Shown: positions 40,284 to 52,530 of the stretch, in pieces | How positions within the stretch are numbered: position 1 is the stretch's first letter | Layout: every line of letters begins with the position of its first letter | Assembly (NCBI GenBank): GCA_001643675.2 | Contig: LSRY02000061.1 | Span: forward strand, 372,001-436,000 | Length of the DNA stretch: 64,000 bases | From: Monocercomonoides exilis PA203 | Taxonomy: Eukaryota > Protista > Preaxostyla | Direction of reading: 5' to 3' | Program-made: the position numbers and the translations under genes | The notes under the pieces: model-generated | What the model saw: only the letters and a program-made list of their open reading frames with translations | What the model was told of the DNA's origin: nothing | The model's database searches: none

Positions 40284-43053
40284 GGCATAAGTGAAGAATA
40301 ATACCTCCTTCAATTTAAAGATATCTTGAACAATAATAGCATGGAAATAAATAGCATAAAAAAATTACACTTTTGGGTGGAGCAGTTCTTTGAAATATCT
40401 TCAAATTTTTATTAGATAAAAATATTTGATCAATCCCATAATTAAATATTTGAATATGATTTAAAAGTTTTTTGTGCGAACGCGGAAGAATTGAAGATTG
40501 ATTGATGTATTAAACAATGCACTGCTTAAAGTTACATAAATTATGTTTGACTTTGCTATATTTTTTTCTCTTTTTTCATGTTATTCTTTTTATTTGTAAC
40601 TTTCCTAACTTAATCAATAACATTAGATTTAATAGAAATTCATTTAATTTATTTTCATCGAACTGCACATTGAGTATTAATTTGTGATTGAAAATATTGA
40701 AAACTCCAGACAATTAAAATCATTTAACAAAAATGGATAAGTGAATGGTATTACTTGGCTGCAATCAGTCGAATACATGTATTTTCAGAAAACAGAGTGG
40801 AAAGTTGTTCAATCACAAATTGGTGTGGAACAGGCTGGTATTTTTCCCTCTATTATATGCCCTCAGATGCTCAATTCCTTTTCACCAAATGTAAGTGCAT
40901 TTCAAATTCTGGTGGAGATTCAACAGGTTCTTTAACATTTCATTATCCTCCACAAAATAAAACAAATCAATTTTTGGTTAATGATTTCCAGTTTATAAAC
41001 AATAAATTGACATCAACTTCAACTTCATGGGGAGGAGCTGCGCTTTGCAACACAGAAACTTATTCCTGGATGAGTGAAATAAAGTTCATCTCTTTCTGTT
41101 TCTTTGATGAAAATGCAGCAACAAATGGCAGATGATACGATGTATTTTTCAATGGAAGAAGCATCATTCAATCTCCATTTGAGAATTGCGATTCGGCTAC
41201 CATTTCATCAAAAGTCTTGAAAGCCAGTCCTTCTGGAAAAGAGGTTATCAACGTTTGCTCCCTTTCATCTATTCTCTCCATTTCAACTTCAAAGAAATCC
41301 CATACGTAATTTTTCCTCCTTTTTTTCTTCGTCTTCTCCTTTTCTTCTTCATCTCTCTCTCCTCTTCTTCCAATTCCTTCCACTCCTCCTCCTCTTCACT
41401 CAAATCTTCCTCTTCTTCTTCATCTTCCTCTTCTTCTTCTTCTTCTTCTTCTCTTTCTTCTTCTTCTTCTCATCCTCCTTCAACAAGCACTTTATTCCCT
41501 CCAGCCACACTTGATGTTCAGTGTGTACTGCAAACACATTCAAAACAGACAAAAAAAGAAATCAATTCAGAAAAGCAACAATTAAATAGAGAGCATTCTT
41601 TATTTACTCCTCCTTCTTCTTCCTCTTCCTCTTCTTCTTCTTCTTCTTCTTCTTCTTCCTTTTCTTCTGCAACATTATCACCGTCATCTTCTTATTCAAC
41701 TTTTTCTTCTTCTTCTTCCATTTCTTCTTTTTCTTCAAATTCATTAATTATTCAAAAATAATTGGAGATAAAAAAGATAAAAGTGAAATCCTAAATGCAT
41801 ATAATTATACTCATGCTTTTTATTCTTTGAATTATGTCAGTTGTGGGATAAAGAAAACATTGAGCTAAATAGTGGAATTGCGTGTGGTTTTCGATCAGCA
41901 AATAGTAACAACAAGGCAATTTGCATCTGAATAATTCGTTTCTGAAGGAGCATTGCAGACAACAAAACTTTGTTTGTTGATTTCTTGCTGTAAAGAGCAA
42001 TTATCGATTTCATTTTGGATAAGATACAGTAACAAATGCTATATAACAAAATGGCATCTGAATTCTTAACGTTTTTTTGGAGATTTCAGTGAGAAGAAAA
42101 GAAGGCAAGAAGATGAAATGAAAGATAAGAAAAGAAAATTAATTGATATTGATAAGTTTAAAAACATGGACGAATTGATATTTTTGATTAAGTTGTTAGC
42201 TTTTCAAATTCAATTCATAGATTTGTTTGTTATTGAATGTTATTAAAGACTTTTTTTGGATTCAATATATTTTGAAAATAATGAATAAAAAGTTTTTTTT
42301 TTTTTTTTTTTTGATTTCATCATTCCTTTTACGGAAACAACGAATAAATAATTTCTATTGATTAAAATATTTTTTTCTTTTCATTCCGCTTAAACGAATC
42401 AACAAAAAAATTGAAATGCTTCTTTGATAGCATATTTTTTTGAAAATAATAAAAGATATGAGATAACTTAATAAAAGTGAAATGGAAAAAAATCGGTATT
42501 TTCACACCTAAGAATCTATTGATTGTTATTTGAAAACGATTAAAATGACAACCTATTTCTCAATACGAAAGAATAATTGTTTATTCGAATTTCAACATCA
42601 CCAAAATAACAAATTTTCAAAAAGATGAAAAATGATCGTATTGAAACGTATATTTTAATTTTGAAATAATTTGTTTATATTGATTAAAAATGCTAATAAA
42701 TCAAACAAACTTTTCACTGTTGTCAGAGAAGTGGAAGTTACAAATAAAAAGAATAACATGAAAAAAGAGAAAAAAATATAGCAAAGTCAAACATAATTTG
42801 TGTAACTTTAAGCAGTGCATTGTTTAATACATCAATCAATCTTCAATTCTTCCGCGTTCGCACAAAAAACTTTTAAATCATATTCAAATATTTAATTATG
42901 GGATTGATCAAATATTTTTATCTAATAAAAATTTGAAGATATTTCAAAGAACTGCTCCACCCAAAAGTGTAATTTTTTTATGCTATTTATTTCCATGCTA
43001 TTATTGTTCAAGATATCTTTAAATTGAAGGAGGTATTATTCTTCACGTATGCC
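40284..43053. mobile_element. Non-autonomous long-TIR element (Pack-Merlin-like #3), 2770 bp
   Basis: 319-bp TIRs (40284-40602 / 42735-43053) with only 2 mismatches seen, and GGCATA...TATGCC termini. The 8-bp TSD is CGAGTATG (40276-40283) / CGAGAATG (43054-43061). It interrupts the Tc1 transposase frame. Confidence 0.93.
40700..41310 (+). pseudogene. Cargo of element #3: fragment of a beta-helix-like (F..N...GGA) host protein
   Basis: ORF 40755-41135 (CKCISNSGGDS..., FINN....WGGAA, FCFFDENAATNGR*YDVFF) continues through a stop and is followed by a Ser-rich TCT tract at 41320-41740. Confidence 0.55.
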
Positions 43054-43132
43054 CGAGAATGAACAATATCAATCAATTGTTTGGGAAAAAATGAAGCAGA
43101 ATCCTTTGAACATAGAGAGGAAAATATCATCT

Positions 43133-43387
43133 GTGTGATTATTTTTGAAATCATATTTTCTCTATCAAAATTTTCGGTTCCAAAAATTCACTTGAATATA
43201 AAAGTGAACAATGAAAATAATGACGAAGCTTATTAATAACACATTCATCAATGTTGCAACTCAAACATTGACTTTTGTAACACTTGTGTTAAATTTTGTC
43301 TCGAAATACAAAATCTTATCCAAATGACAAACAAACTTTGAAAAACATTCACACCGAAAAAAATTATGATTTCAAAAATATTCACCC
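43133..43387. mobile_element. MITE (255 bp), 4-bp TSD ATCT, inserted in the Tc1 transposase
   Basis: TIRs GTGTGATTATTTTTGAAATCATA / TATGATTTCAAAAATATTCACCC, with ATCT at 43129-43132 and 43388-43391. Excision restores ...KISSEL... Confidence 0.85.
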
Positions 43388-45289
43388 ATCTGAATTGTCA
43401 AAATATGGAAGCCTTATTAGGAAACCGACAATATAGTGTATTCTTTCAGAAAAAAAAATACCCAAAAATTTTCCTATTTTTTCTTTCAAAAGGATAACAA
43501 AGAGAGAATCCGCAGCTAATTCAGAAGAAAATAAAATTCTCTGTATTAAATTCTTAGAAAAACTTAACGATTATAAAATAGATGGTGCAATGATTTTTTT
43601 ATCGATGAAACATCTTGGAATGCAGAATGCATCCAAAAATTTGGATGGTCCCCAGTTGGAGAGAAGGTTCTAATTCCTCCTCCACCAGTTCATCAGTCAC
43701 TTACGGCAATCATATCCGTGTCTCAATCAGGAATGATGTATTCTGAAGTTGTCAGGGGGTCAATTAATCATGAAATCTTTGAGGCATTCATGAAAAGATA
43801 TTTGCTATCAATAAAAGTCCATCGATCATCTGTTATCGTGATGGACAACACTTCAATACATCATCTTAACACAGACGCAATAAAAATGAAAGCCTGACAT
43901 CATGTACTAGATAATGCCGCATATTCACCTATACTAAATCCAATAGAAAACGTTTTTGGTTTTTGGAAAAAAAGAGTTGAAGAAAGCTCTCACATCTGGA
44001 AAGGAGAAAACCATTTTATTGCAGTGCTTGTTGAGACCTTCAAAGATATTACAGCAAGAAAAGTGCGAAGAACCATTGCAAATGTTGAGAATGAAATTTG
44101 GCCACTGGTTTTGGAAAAAAAAGACCTTTAACATTAACGTTTCATTTATAAATTCATAATTCATTTATGTCCGATAGATTGATTTAATTTGATTTTATAT
44201 TTATTGTTTTCAAATCTCAAATCATTTAGTTTATATTTCTTTTATTTAAATCAACGATCTTTATCAATAACAAAGAAAATTGGCTTGTTTGTTCAACAGA
44301 TCTGATTTTTTTTTTCAAAAGAAAGTGAAAAATACTCAAACATTCTCACTAAATTAAGTCAAAAAAGGCTATTTATCAAAAACAATAAAAATCTTGAACA
44401 GTTAATTCAAAAGAGAATTATTGACAGTATTGAAATTATAAAAATAATTAAAGATTCAAATCAGCATTCAGTTAGAAAAATTATTACACAGTTTTCCTTT
44501 TTTTATGAAAATTCCATCTGCTTGATTCATTATTTGAGAAAAATTTGAAAAAAAATGATGTCTGAATTGACATATTAGATAAATTGTGAAATAAAAAGAT
44601 ATTTCAAAACGAACCGTTTATTTCAAGATTCCCCAGTAATTTTAAATAAAAGGCAGCGTTTTTAAGAAAAACCAGTTTTTTTCAATTGTGGCATAAAAGT
44701 CTTGCTTTTATCATAAAACAATGTTTTGAAGGTTGAAGTCAAAAACACGTCAACATTAAATATTATATTATTATTTTTACAAACAAAGCTTTTTTTGTAA
44801 GTTTTTTTAATTTTTTTGATCATTTTCCATCGAATGTGAAAATGAAACGTTTTCTAATAATAATGAATTTTAGCATGAAGATAAACGTTCAACAAACAAT
44901 TGAATCGATTTATTCGTCAGTTTTGTCTTCCTTTTGTTAAAATACACAATTTTGGAATTTAGAAATTTTTGTTTTTGCTTTAAACGTTAACACAATCATT
45001 CACGATAGGTTCCATTTTAATCTTTAAACAACATATAACTTCATAATATATTTATTAGACCTATTATGAAAAATTGGAATTGATTTACATTCATTTATGT
45101 AAATGATCAATTTATTTATTTTTCATTTTTACGTTTGTTTATTGAAAACAAAAATGCAGTTAAAACAAGTTTGTAAGCAATTTTTTTTTGATTGTTTTAA
45201 ATGTTTTCATGTTTTTTTTTTCATTTCAAAAGCTTTCTTTCATTAAATTTGAGAAATATTTTATTAACACATTCTGGTTGAAAAGTTTT

Positions 45290-46085
45290 AGCGAAAATGC
45301 TGCAGAGCAAAAAAAACAATAATGATAACATGTGTGAAATAGCAATTGAAATGAATTCATGATGATAAAATTTATTTCTTTGTTTTTTAACAGATTTGTT
45401 TTCTTGTTTCGAAGATTGAAATGAGGATTGCAAAAGCAGATATTCCTTGAAGTGGATGGAGTGATTGATGAAATGAATAATGAAGAATTCAAATCTGCTT
45501 TCACAAAAGATTTTTTTTTTTTTTGACGAAATATTCAAAATGATTGAAGAAAAGAAAATATCAGCGTGAAATGCAGCTTTGTCACTGAAATACATTGGAT
45601 ATTTAAATGTGCTGTTGAACCAGTGGAATGGAAGCTAAGAAAAATATTCGATGAACGAAAGATTTGAGAAGATGATTGATTATGAAGAAATGAAAAAAGA
45701 AGAAAAGAATGAAAAGCTTCAAACTGATCTTTACGAGTGCTTATTTTCACTTGACGGCTTGCGTTCTTTGGATCCATATCCGATGTGCGTGTCATTCCTT
45801 GTGAAAGTCGCATTGAACAAAGAGGAAAGTTAAAAAGTTCGGAAGGAAGGAGATATAACCTTACCAGCTTTGAGCAACATTAAACAATGTGAGGTGTGTT
45901 AATATATTTATAAATTCATTAATGCATTTTATTTTCTTTCTTTTTTTTTTTTTGCATTGGAAGAGAAAAAAGAACTGTATTTGAAAAAATCAAATGGATT
46001 ATCTTCATTATCAGAATTATCACACAGCTTGCTTATCAATTTGCTTGACAGTTTTTGACAAACAGAATATTCGAAAATGAAATGA
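45290..46085 (+). pseudogene. Degenerate member of a large lineage-specific helical protein family, inside the Tc1 TIRs
   Basis: Fragments IDEMNNEEFKSAFTK, KMIEEK, FEKMIDYEEMKKEEKNEKLQTDLYEC...CVSFLVKVALNKEES, with intron-like gaps and frameshifts. Confidence 0.6.
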
Positions 46086-48639
46086 AAAAGATGTTATTGC
46101 AATTCTTTGCCAATTTTTCAATTTTTATTTGATGAACTATGTATTACAAAACTTGTGAAAGCTTTTAAAAAAGATTTTTATCCAAAGAAATCCAATTCAA
46201 ATTGTGTTATTTGAGAAACATCAAATATTTCAACTTATGAAAACTCAATTTTTATTTTTATTTTTTGAATTTTTTGAATTTTTTTTTTGAATTTTTCAAA
46301 CAACAATAACCAAAGCAATTTCCTTTAAATCCCAAAACGATAAATCTCAGATTTCTTTGATAAAACAAAACAAGCAAAAATAATTCTGAACATGGTTGGA
46401 ACCATTTATTCAATCAAATAAATGCATATCCAATGCTTTTTAAAAATGGCCAGAAGATTTTAGTTTTTTAAAGTTATTTCAAAATAACTGTGTTAATTCA
46501 TATTTCGTGGCTGAAACTTGAAATAACACAAATAACTTGAAATGACCAATTCATTTCACATTTTATCTATTATTTTATGAAAGTCATCTTTCCTATGAAT
46601 AAAAAAATAACATTAAAAAGAGAGTTGGTTATTGATACTCAAAAAACTTTATAAACAACAAAAGTGACAAAGCTGAATAAATAATTTATTGAAATCAAAC
46701 ATCCCTTGATATATTCAAAAAAAAATACGAAAAAACTCGATAAATCCTGCTTCTAAACTCGAAACAGTGTTAAACCCTTTGAAAATAAAATGTTAATTAT
46801 TACGAAAGGTGAATGTGGGAAATGAATTTTTTATTTTTTGCGGGATGCTCAACATTAAAAAAGGACAGATCAACATTTTTTTGGGACAGACTGTATCATT
46901 GTTTGAAAAATAATTGTTAAAAAATGGGAAGATATTTTTTGCTTTATGAATTTTGTTCCATTCTGCACATTAAATTTTATTTCTCTGTTTTGAAAATTTT
47001 CCAATGTTTTTTTGACACAGAAATGAAAGACTTATCATGATAAGGTTGTGGAAAAAGTTTGAAACAAATGGTCGTTTTTTTCATAAATGCAAAAATTTTG
47101 CCCCAAACTTCAATGTGTTGAATTTACCAAAATGTGAGTTTTCCATTCTCAAAGAATTTTCAATTTATTCTTTTTCTTTTTCTTTTTCTTTTTTTCTGAC
47201 TTTGTTATATTTTTCTATTCTGTTTTTCCTTTATTATATAAATTATTTATCAATCAATAAAAAATTCCCGTTAAATAAAACCAGTTCGTTATTCTCTTTA
47301 TGAACCCGAAAGTTCTCTGCGCAGCTCCGAATGGATTCCATCTTCAAGATGAAAATGAACAGATTTTGACGTTTTTGTTGTTTTAATCCTTGATAGCAGC
47401 AACGAATTATGATGGACTTTAAAATAAATTTCAATGAGTGCTTCTCCTCTCAAAATTTCAGAAGATCATAATGAATATTTGTAACAATAGTCAAAATTTA
47501 TTTTAAAGACATTAACAAAAAAACACTTCAATTCAAAGGTTTTAATAATGCAAAAAGTTTGGGGAAAGAATAAGCAATTATAAACTGGAGAATCAGAAAA
47601 GTTCTACCGTGTCTGGAAAAGCTCTCGAAGAATGTGAGTCAAAAAGTATAAAGCATCATCAAAATTTAACTTTCACAATTCTATTTGCCAAGATTTTTTT
47701 CATAAATTCCTATTGTATAATTTTCAAATAAAATAAAAAATGCCACATTCCGATCAAAATTTAGCTCCCACTAACGAAACTTCACTAAAATAGTAATAAA
47801 CACATTATAGAGATATTGTTTTCATTTTGGCAAAATTTCGTGAGAGGGAACAGAAATTTAATGGAAAAATGATATTCTTATTATCATAGAAAATAAAACA
47901 AAAGGAACTTTTCAAAATATTTTTGACTTTTTTTGAAGGATAAGAAGTTTGACTTTTTCGAAAAAAATGAATAACACATAATAAACTTCTGTGACATGAC
48001 AAGAGAAAATTGAAAAAATGACAAAATGACAGACAAGAAATCTATGATTTGTCAAAAATTGTTATTTCTAACTTTTTCAATACTCTTAATTACTATAATA
48101 ACTAATTTAATAATCTTCATGTGACAATTTTTATTACTCTGAAAATACGATATTTTATATTTATGTTATCAAGTTCCCAATTTTCATTTTATTTGACACG
48201 AAATGTCAGTTGAGGTATTTTTTTGTCAATATTTGTTATTGACAGTCACTGACCGTCGCTAACAAAAGAGAAAAGGATAGACATTTCTGATTCTATCAAC
48301 TGATTTTCCCCAAAGGTCTTCAAATAGTTTTTAAAAAGTTTTCGCTGTTATTTGTTTTGTTTTGTTAAAATTAATTTTTTGTATTTTATTTTATTTTATT
48401 TTATTTTTTATTTTTTTATTTATTATTTTTCGATTCGAACGCGTATAATACAACAAGGAAAAATAAAAATAAAAATGTTCTTGCTCAAACATCTGTAGAA
48501 TGAATTTTGATTATCCATAGTTTTTTTGAAACAAAAAATTTGAAAGTGAAAGAATGGAAAATTTATTTTATCCAAGATAATGGGAAACGGAATTGCTTAA
48601 AATTTATGTAATAGATCCTATTAGAAAGAATTCGAAGTG

Positions 48640-49020
48640 ATGTTCACTTTATTACTCATTTCTATCCTATCAAAGGCTTTTGCATACACCGAGTACTATG
48701 AAGAAGATGAGTTCCCGGATTATGAATCATACGAAATTGATGATTCTGAATTCGAAGATTTGGAAGATGACGAAGAACTCGACGAAGATGGAATTCCAAT
48801 AGTTTGCGGATTGTGTAAATGGTTGGTAGGAAAAGCAATTGAATATGCATATGGAAAAACAAACAAGCAAATTACAAACTTCTTATGGTCACAATGCGAC
48901 AAACACCCAACCTGGGCCCACAAATGCCGCGAAGTTGTTCCACCTCTTCTTAACGTTGTATACATGATAGTTAAGAAGTATGGACCACCAATCATTTGCG
49001 GCGCAGCGCATTTGTGTTGA
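48640..49020 (+). CDS. Secreted saposin-like protein (SapB; amoebapore/NK-lysin-like)
   Basis: Signal peptide MFTLLLISILSKAFA, an acidic pro-segment, then six Cys in SapB spacing (CGLC...C...C...ICGAAHLC*). Intact and intronless. Confidence 0.88.
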   Translation: MFTLLLISILSKAFAYTEYYEEDEFPDYESYEIDDSEFEDLEDDEELDEDGIPIVCGLCKWLVGKAIEYAYGKTNKQITNFLWSQCDKHPTWAHKCREVVPPLLNVVYMIVKKYGPPIICGAAHLC

Positions 49021-49899
49021 TATGAGATTTTTCTTTTTATTTGGCCAGACATTGTTTTCCATCTTTGGCCTCATTTATTTATCGAGATTTTTTATTCCTT
49101 ATTTTTTTGTTGAAAAATTTAATATATTTTATTGAAAGAATAGAGTTCATTCATCCTTTTATATCAACATTTTGAGTATTCTGTATGAAAATGTTAAAGA
49201 ATAATTGTTTAATGAGTCTCATTTGATTATTGTTGTACCAGCGGAAAAAAATGAAAAAAAAAAAAAATAAATAAAAGAACCTTCGAAAATTGAAGAAAAA
49301 AAAATATTCTTTTTTGAAAACTTATAAAAGAACGCTGGATTTCTTCCATGACGAATCAAAATCTCGTTTTAATGAAATTGCAAATCGAGATTGAAAAGCG
49401 AGAAGTTAAAATGTTGTTTTCTCAATCGAAATAATCAAAAATAGAATTAAAGATTTTTTGTCATTTCCAGAAAATAAGTTGAGTTTTTTTGTAAATTCGA
49501 AAATTCATTTTTTTGTGTATATCATTCCACTGAACTTTTCAGTTGCTATTATTGACTTCCACAGTCCATATTTGAATATTTGTTATGATCTATCCCTTGA
49601 TAAATTGGTTTGGTGTAATTCAAACCATTCGAGAATCGTGATGATTCATTCACAAAAAGATAGCAGTGGGGAAGAATGAAAAGGAACTCAATGAAGCACT
49701 TGGATTTCTGCAGACAAATCCATAAAGTGTCTATATTTTGCGATTTTGTGAGAACAACTGAAATGTCAGGAGCATGCCACAGTTGAAGAATAAAAGCTGG
49801 AAACACTCATCAAAAAGCAGGGGAAAAACAATTCAATAGAGAATTAACTGAATGGGAGACAAGAGCCGATATAATTTAAATAGATGGATTTCACTTCTC

Positions 49900-51230
49900 A
49901 AAAAGAAGTGTTGGTGCATATGTTTGATGACATTTTGCAAAAGAACTTTACAAGCATTCAACAATTGATTGTTGTGCGGGAATGGAGTCAAAGTTTGCTT
50001 TGGATATGAACATCTGGAAGCTGAAAAGCATCCTTATACTAAAAGTACTCACGCCAGATGGAATTCTGAAAGTGAATGCCATGGATCTGTTGAAGCTTGA
50101 TCTGCATCAGTTTATTATAAATGTACCATTGTGCTCATTTCCAGGGCTTTTGGACCTGATGAGGCTATGTCTTTCGAAAAAAAGACACACCCGTCTAATT
50201 TTCAGGTTGAGTCGATGATTAACCAATAACAAAAGCAAGGATAAGTTAAGATCGAAGTGCTCAACAATAGCTGATGGGTGGAGATGATGGTGATACGGAT
50301 GGATCCAGGGGTAGATGTGGTGTTGGAAAAAGACAAAAACGCTCAGGATGAATACTTTGAGAAGATTTGGTATATAGTGCTCCAATTGAGCTACACAGCA
50401 CTTTGGATGCGGGCTTTGCCAACGAAGATGTGTGTGATAACTGAGAGCCAGAATTTGGAGAGGCTTTTGAGCCTTGAAGTGATCGAGAAAGGATATGGGC
50501 ATGCTGAATCTGATTACGGGAAGAGCAATATGTTCAGTTATGAGCTTCGAGTTGATGCAGGTGACAGGAGAGTGCAGGTATGGCATCAACTGAATTACCG
50601 TAGATGGAACAAAATGAGACACATTTTTGATGAACAAGCTTGCGATTCATTTCATTTTGCAGGATGTGAATAATCAGATTCCAGAAGCTCATTGAAGAAG
50701 TTGAATTGCAAGATTTGATAACAGATTCAAAGCTGAAACATGGAGAGATGAATATGAACAAAGTGAGGTCGAAAGAAGCCAACGAATATTTTGTACAGCG
50801 ACTGATGGAAAAGAAAGAGCTTTCCGTTGCAGACGAAAACGAAACATTCTTTGATTTTAGAAGAAAAGCTGAAGAAGTTCCATCAGTGAAAGTTGTTGCG
50901 AATAAAGTGAGAGAGGTACATTTGCGCGAGTTTGATGAAATCATATTTTGTTTTAGCTCACCGATGCATCGAGATGTGGATGCGGGAATGGAGGTGGATT
51001 GACTAAAGAAGAATTTCGAACAGATGCTGGATTATTCTGTATATTCAAATGTGATCTCTCGTGCGAGCGCAAATATCCTGCTGCTCCATCCGCTATTGTT
51101 CCGTGAAGTTACTGTATCTTCTTGGACGGCACACAGATGATTGGGCGAAGGATGCATCGGTTACTGTGGAGTGGACTGATGCAATGTGGAAGATCAAAGA
51201 ACGAGCTAAAGCAGGAAACATGGATGATTG
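49900..51230 (+). pseudogene. Degenerate coding remnant, unknown family
   Basis: Chain of same-strand short ORFs (49982-50218, 50278-50673, 50706-51002) with coding-like composition, broken by stops. Confidence 0.35.
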
Positions 51231-51422
51231 TGACGAATAACTTTTAAAAGTCTGTAAGAGTTCATTCATTTTTGTCTTTCATAGCAGTTTCTCCTGATCC
51301 GAAGAAGCAAGCACTGCAAAGATGATCTCTGATTCGATTGCACCAGATAAATAGTTGGACAGCAGCCGCAGCAAAGCTTGACGTTTGAAAGTGTTACAAA
51401 GAAAAAAACAAAGGTTTTATTG

Positions 51423-51423
<1 letters not shown>

Positions 51424-51456
<33 letters not shown>
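51424..51456. repeat. (AT)n microsatellite
   Basis: Directly visible. Confidence 0.95.
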
Positions 51457-51461
<5 letters not shown>

Positions 51462-52099
51462 GATAATACAAAGCTCCATATTGATTTTTCCTTTTTCAAC
51501 AATGTCAGAAACAGGCACATCTTACAAGAATATATTCGAAAAAGCAAAGTTATTAAACAAAATACGCTGCAAATGATTGGAAAAGAGTGAAGGAAAGGAA
51601 ACATATTTATTTTTTAATGAACAATCAAAAGAAAAACATTCAAAAACAACTCTAAAACTCTTTTTGTCCGATACATGTCAGCCCAATACGTTTACAAATG
51701 GTGGACAGCATGCCATTTTGATGTATTTTCTCCATTTATTGAAATGAACGATAATTCAGATCAGATTACAGGAAATTATTCAGTAGGCCAATCGTCAAAT
51801 CAACATTCAAAGACAAAAGTTTATTCTATCAAAACCATGGAGAAATGGAAAAGAAAATTGGTTTTAATAAAGTAAGGAAAGTGATAAAGAGAGCACGGGT
51901 TCTGGTTGTGAAATTCAGAGTTCAGTTTGATGAAGCAATAAAAAGAGTTGTGCCATTGAAAAAATGAGCTCAGAATGCAGGCAATATTGAATTTCACTCC
52001 CGCTGAGAATATTTAATTTGAAGATTTTCATTCTTTCATTTCTCACTACAACGTGTAACAAAACAATAAAAACAGTATGAAAATATCTGCCGAAAATCG

Positions 52100-52530
52100 G
52101 ACATTGTTGAATTGCGACGTGCACATTGGAATAATAAAGGGAATTGTAAACTCTTCGCTGATGTGACTTTATTGCGTGATGGATACTCGCATGCGCCAAT
52201 TGTCCGTTCTTGTGAAAGAATTAGCAAAGTCTAAAACATTCGCGATGCTTCTGTAAAATCTCTCTCCAGCTATGGATGGATGCTTCTTGTGCTGACTTTC
52301 CTGATGGAGCGGAAGACATCTGCGATTGTGTCACTATAAGACAAAGCATTGCCTTTTTGAGTCTGCTTGGAGAGAGCTTGAAAAATTTGATGATAAGTAT
52401 TTTGAGGAAAAGGAGATTAGAGAAAATGTTAGAGACTCATGGAGAACAAATTGCTATCTCGTGATTGATGAAGACATTGAAGGGGAAAGATTACTCTTCA
52501 GAGTCGATGCTAATACATGGCACTAATTGA
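52100..52530 (+). pseudogene. Cid1/TUTase-type non-canonical poly(A)/poly(U) polymerase fragment
   Basis: Manual translation LLNCDVHIGIIKGIVNSSLM*LYCVMDTRMRQLSVLVKELAKSK/NIRDASVKSLSSYGWMLLVLTFL matches the Cid1 central-domain consensus. It has a stop and a frameshift and is absent from the ORF track. Confidence 0.75.

Larger units (their letters stand above)
39835..44130 (+). pseudogene. IS630/Tc1-family DDE transposase split by two insertions
   Basis: Removing 40284-43053 and 43133-43387 (plus one TSD copy each) restores KGRKKKVENEQYQ...RKISSELSKYG...FSFKR...NSEENK...IDETSW...VMDNTSIH...YSPILNPIENVFGFWK, with a few stops and frameshifts. I count 33 residues between the second D and the E. 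Confidence 0.88.
39722..46893 (+). mobile_element. IS630/Tc1-mariner DNA transposon (7.2 kb including nested inserts)
   Basis: TIRs of about 105 bp, CAGTCTGTCCCAAAAAAATGTTGATCTGTCC... (39722-39825 / 46790-46893). TA follows the right end and GA precedes the left end. Contains a split DDE transposase. Confidence 0.9.
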
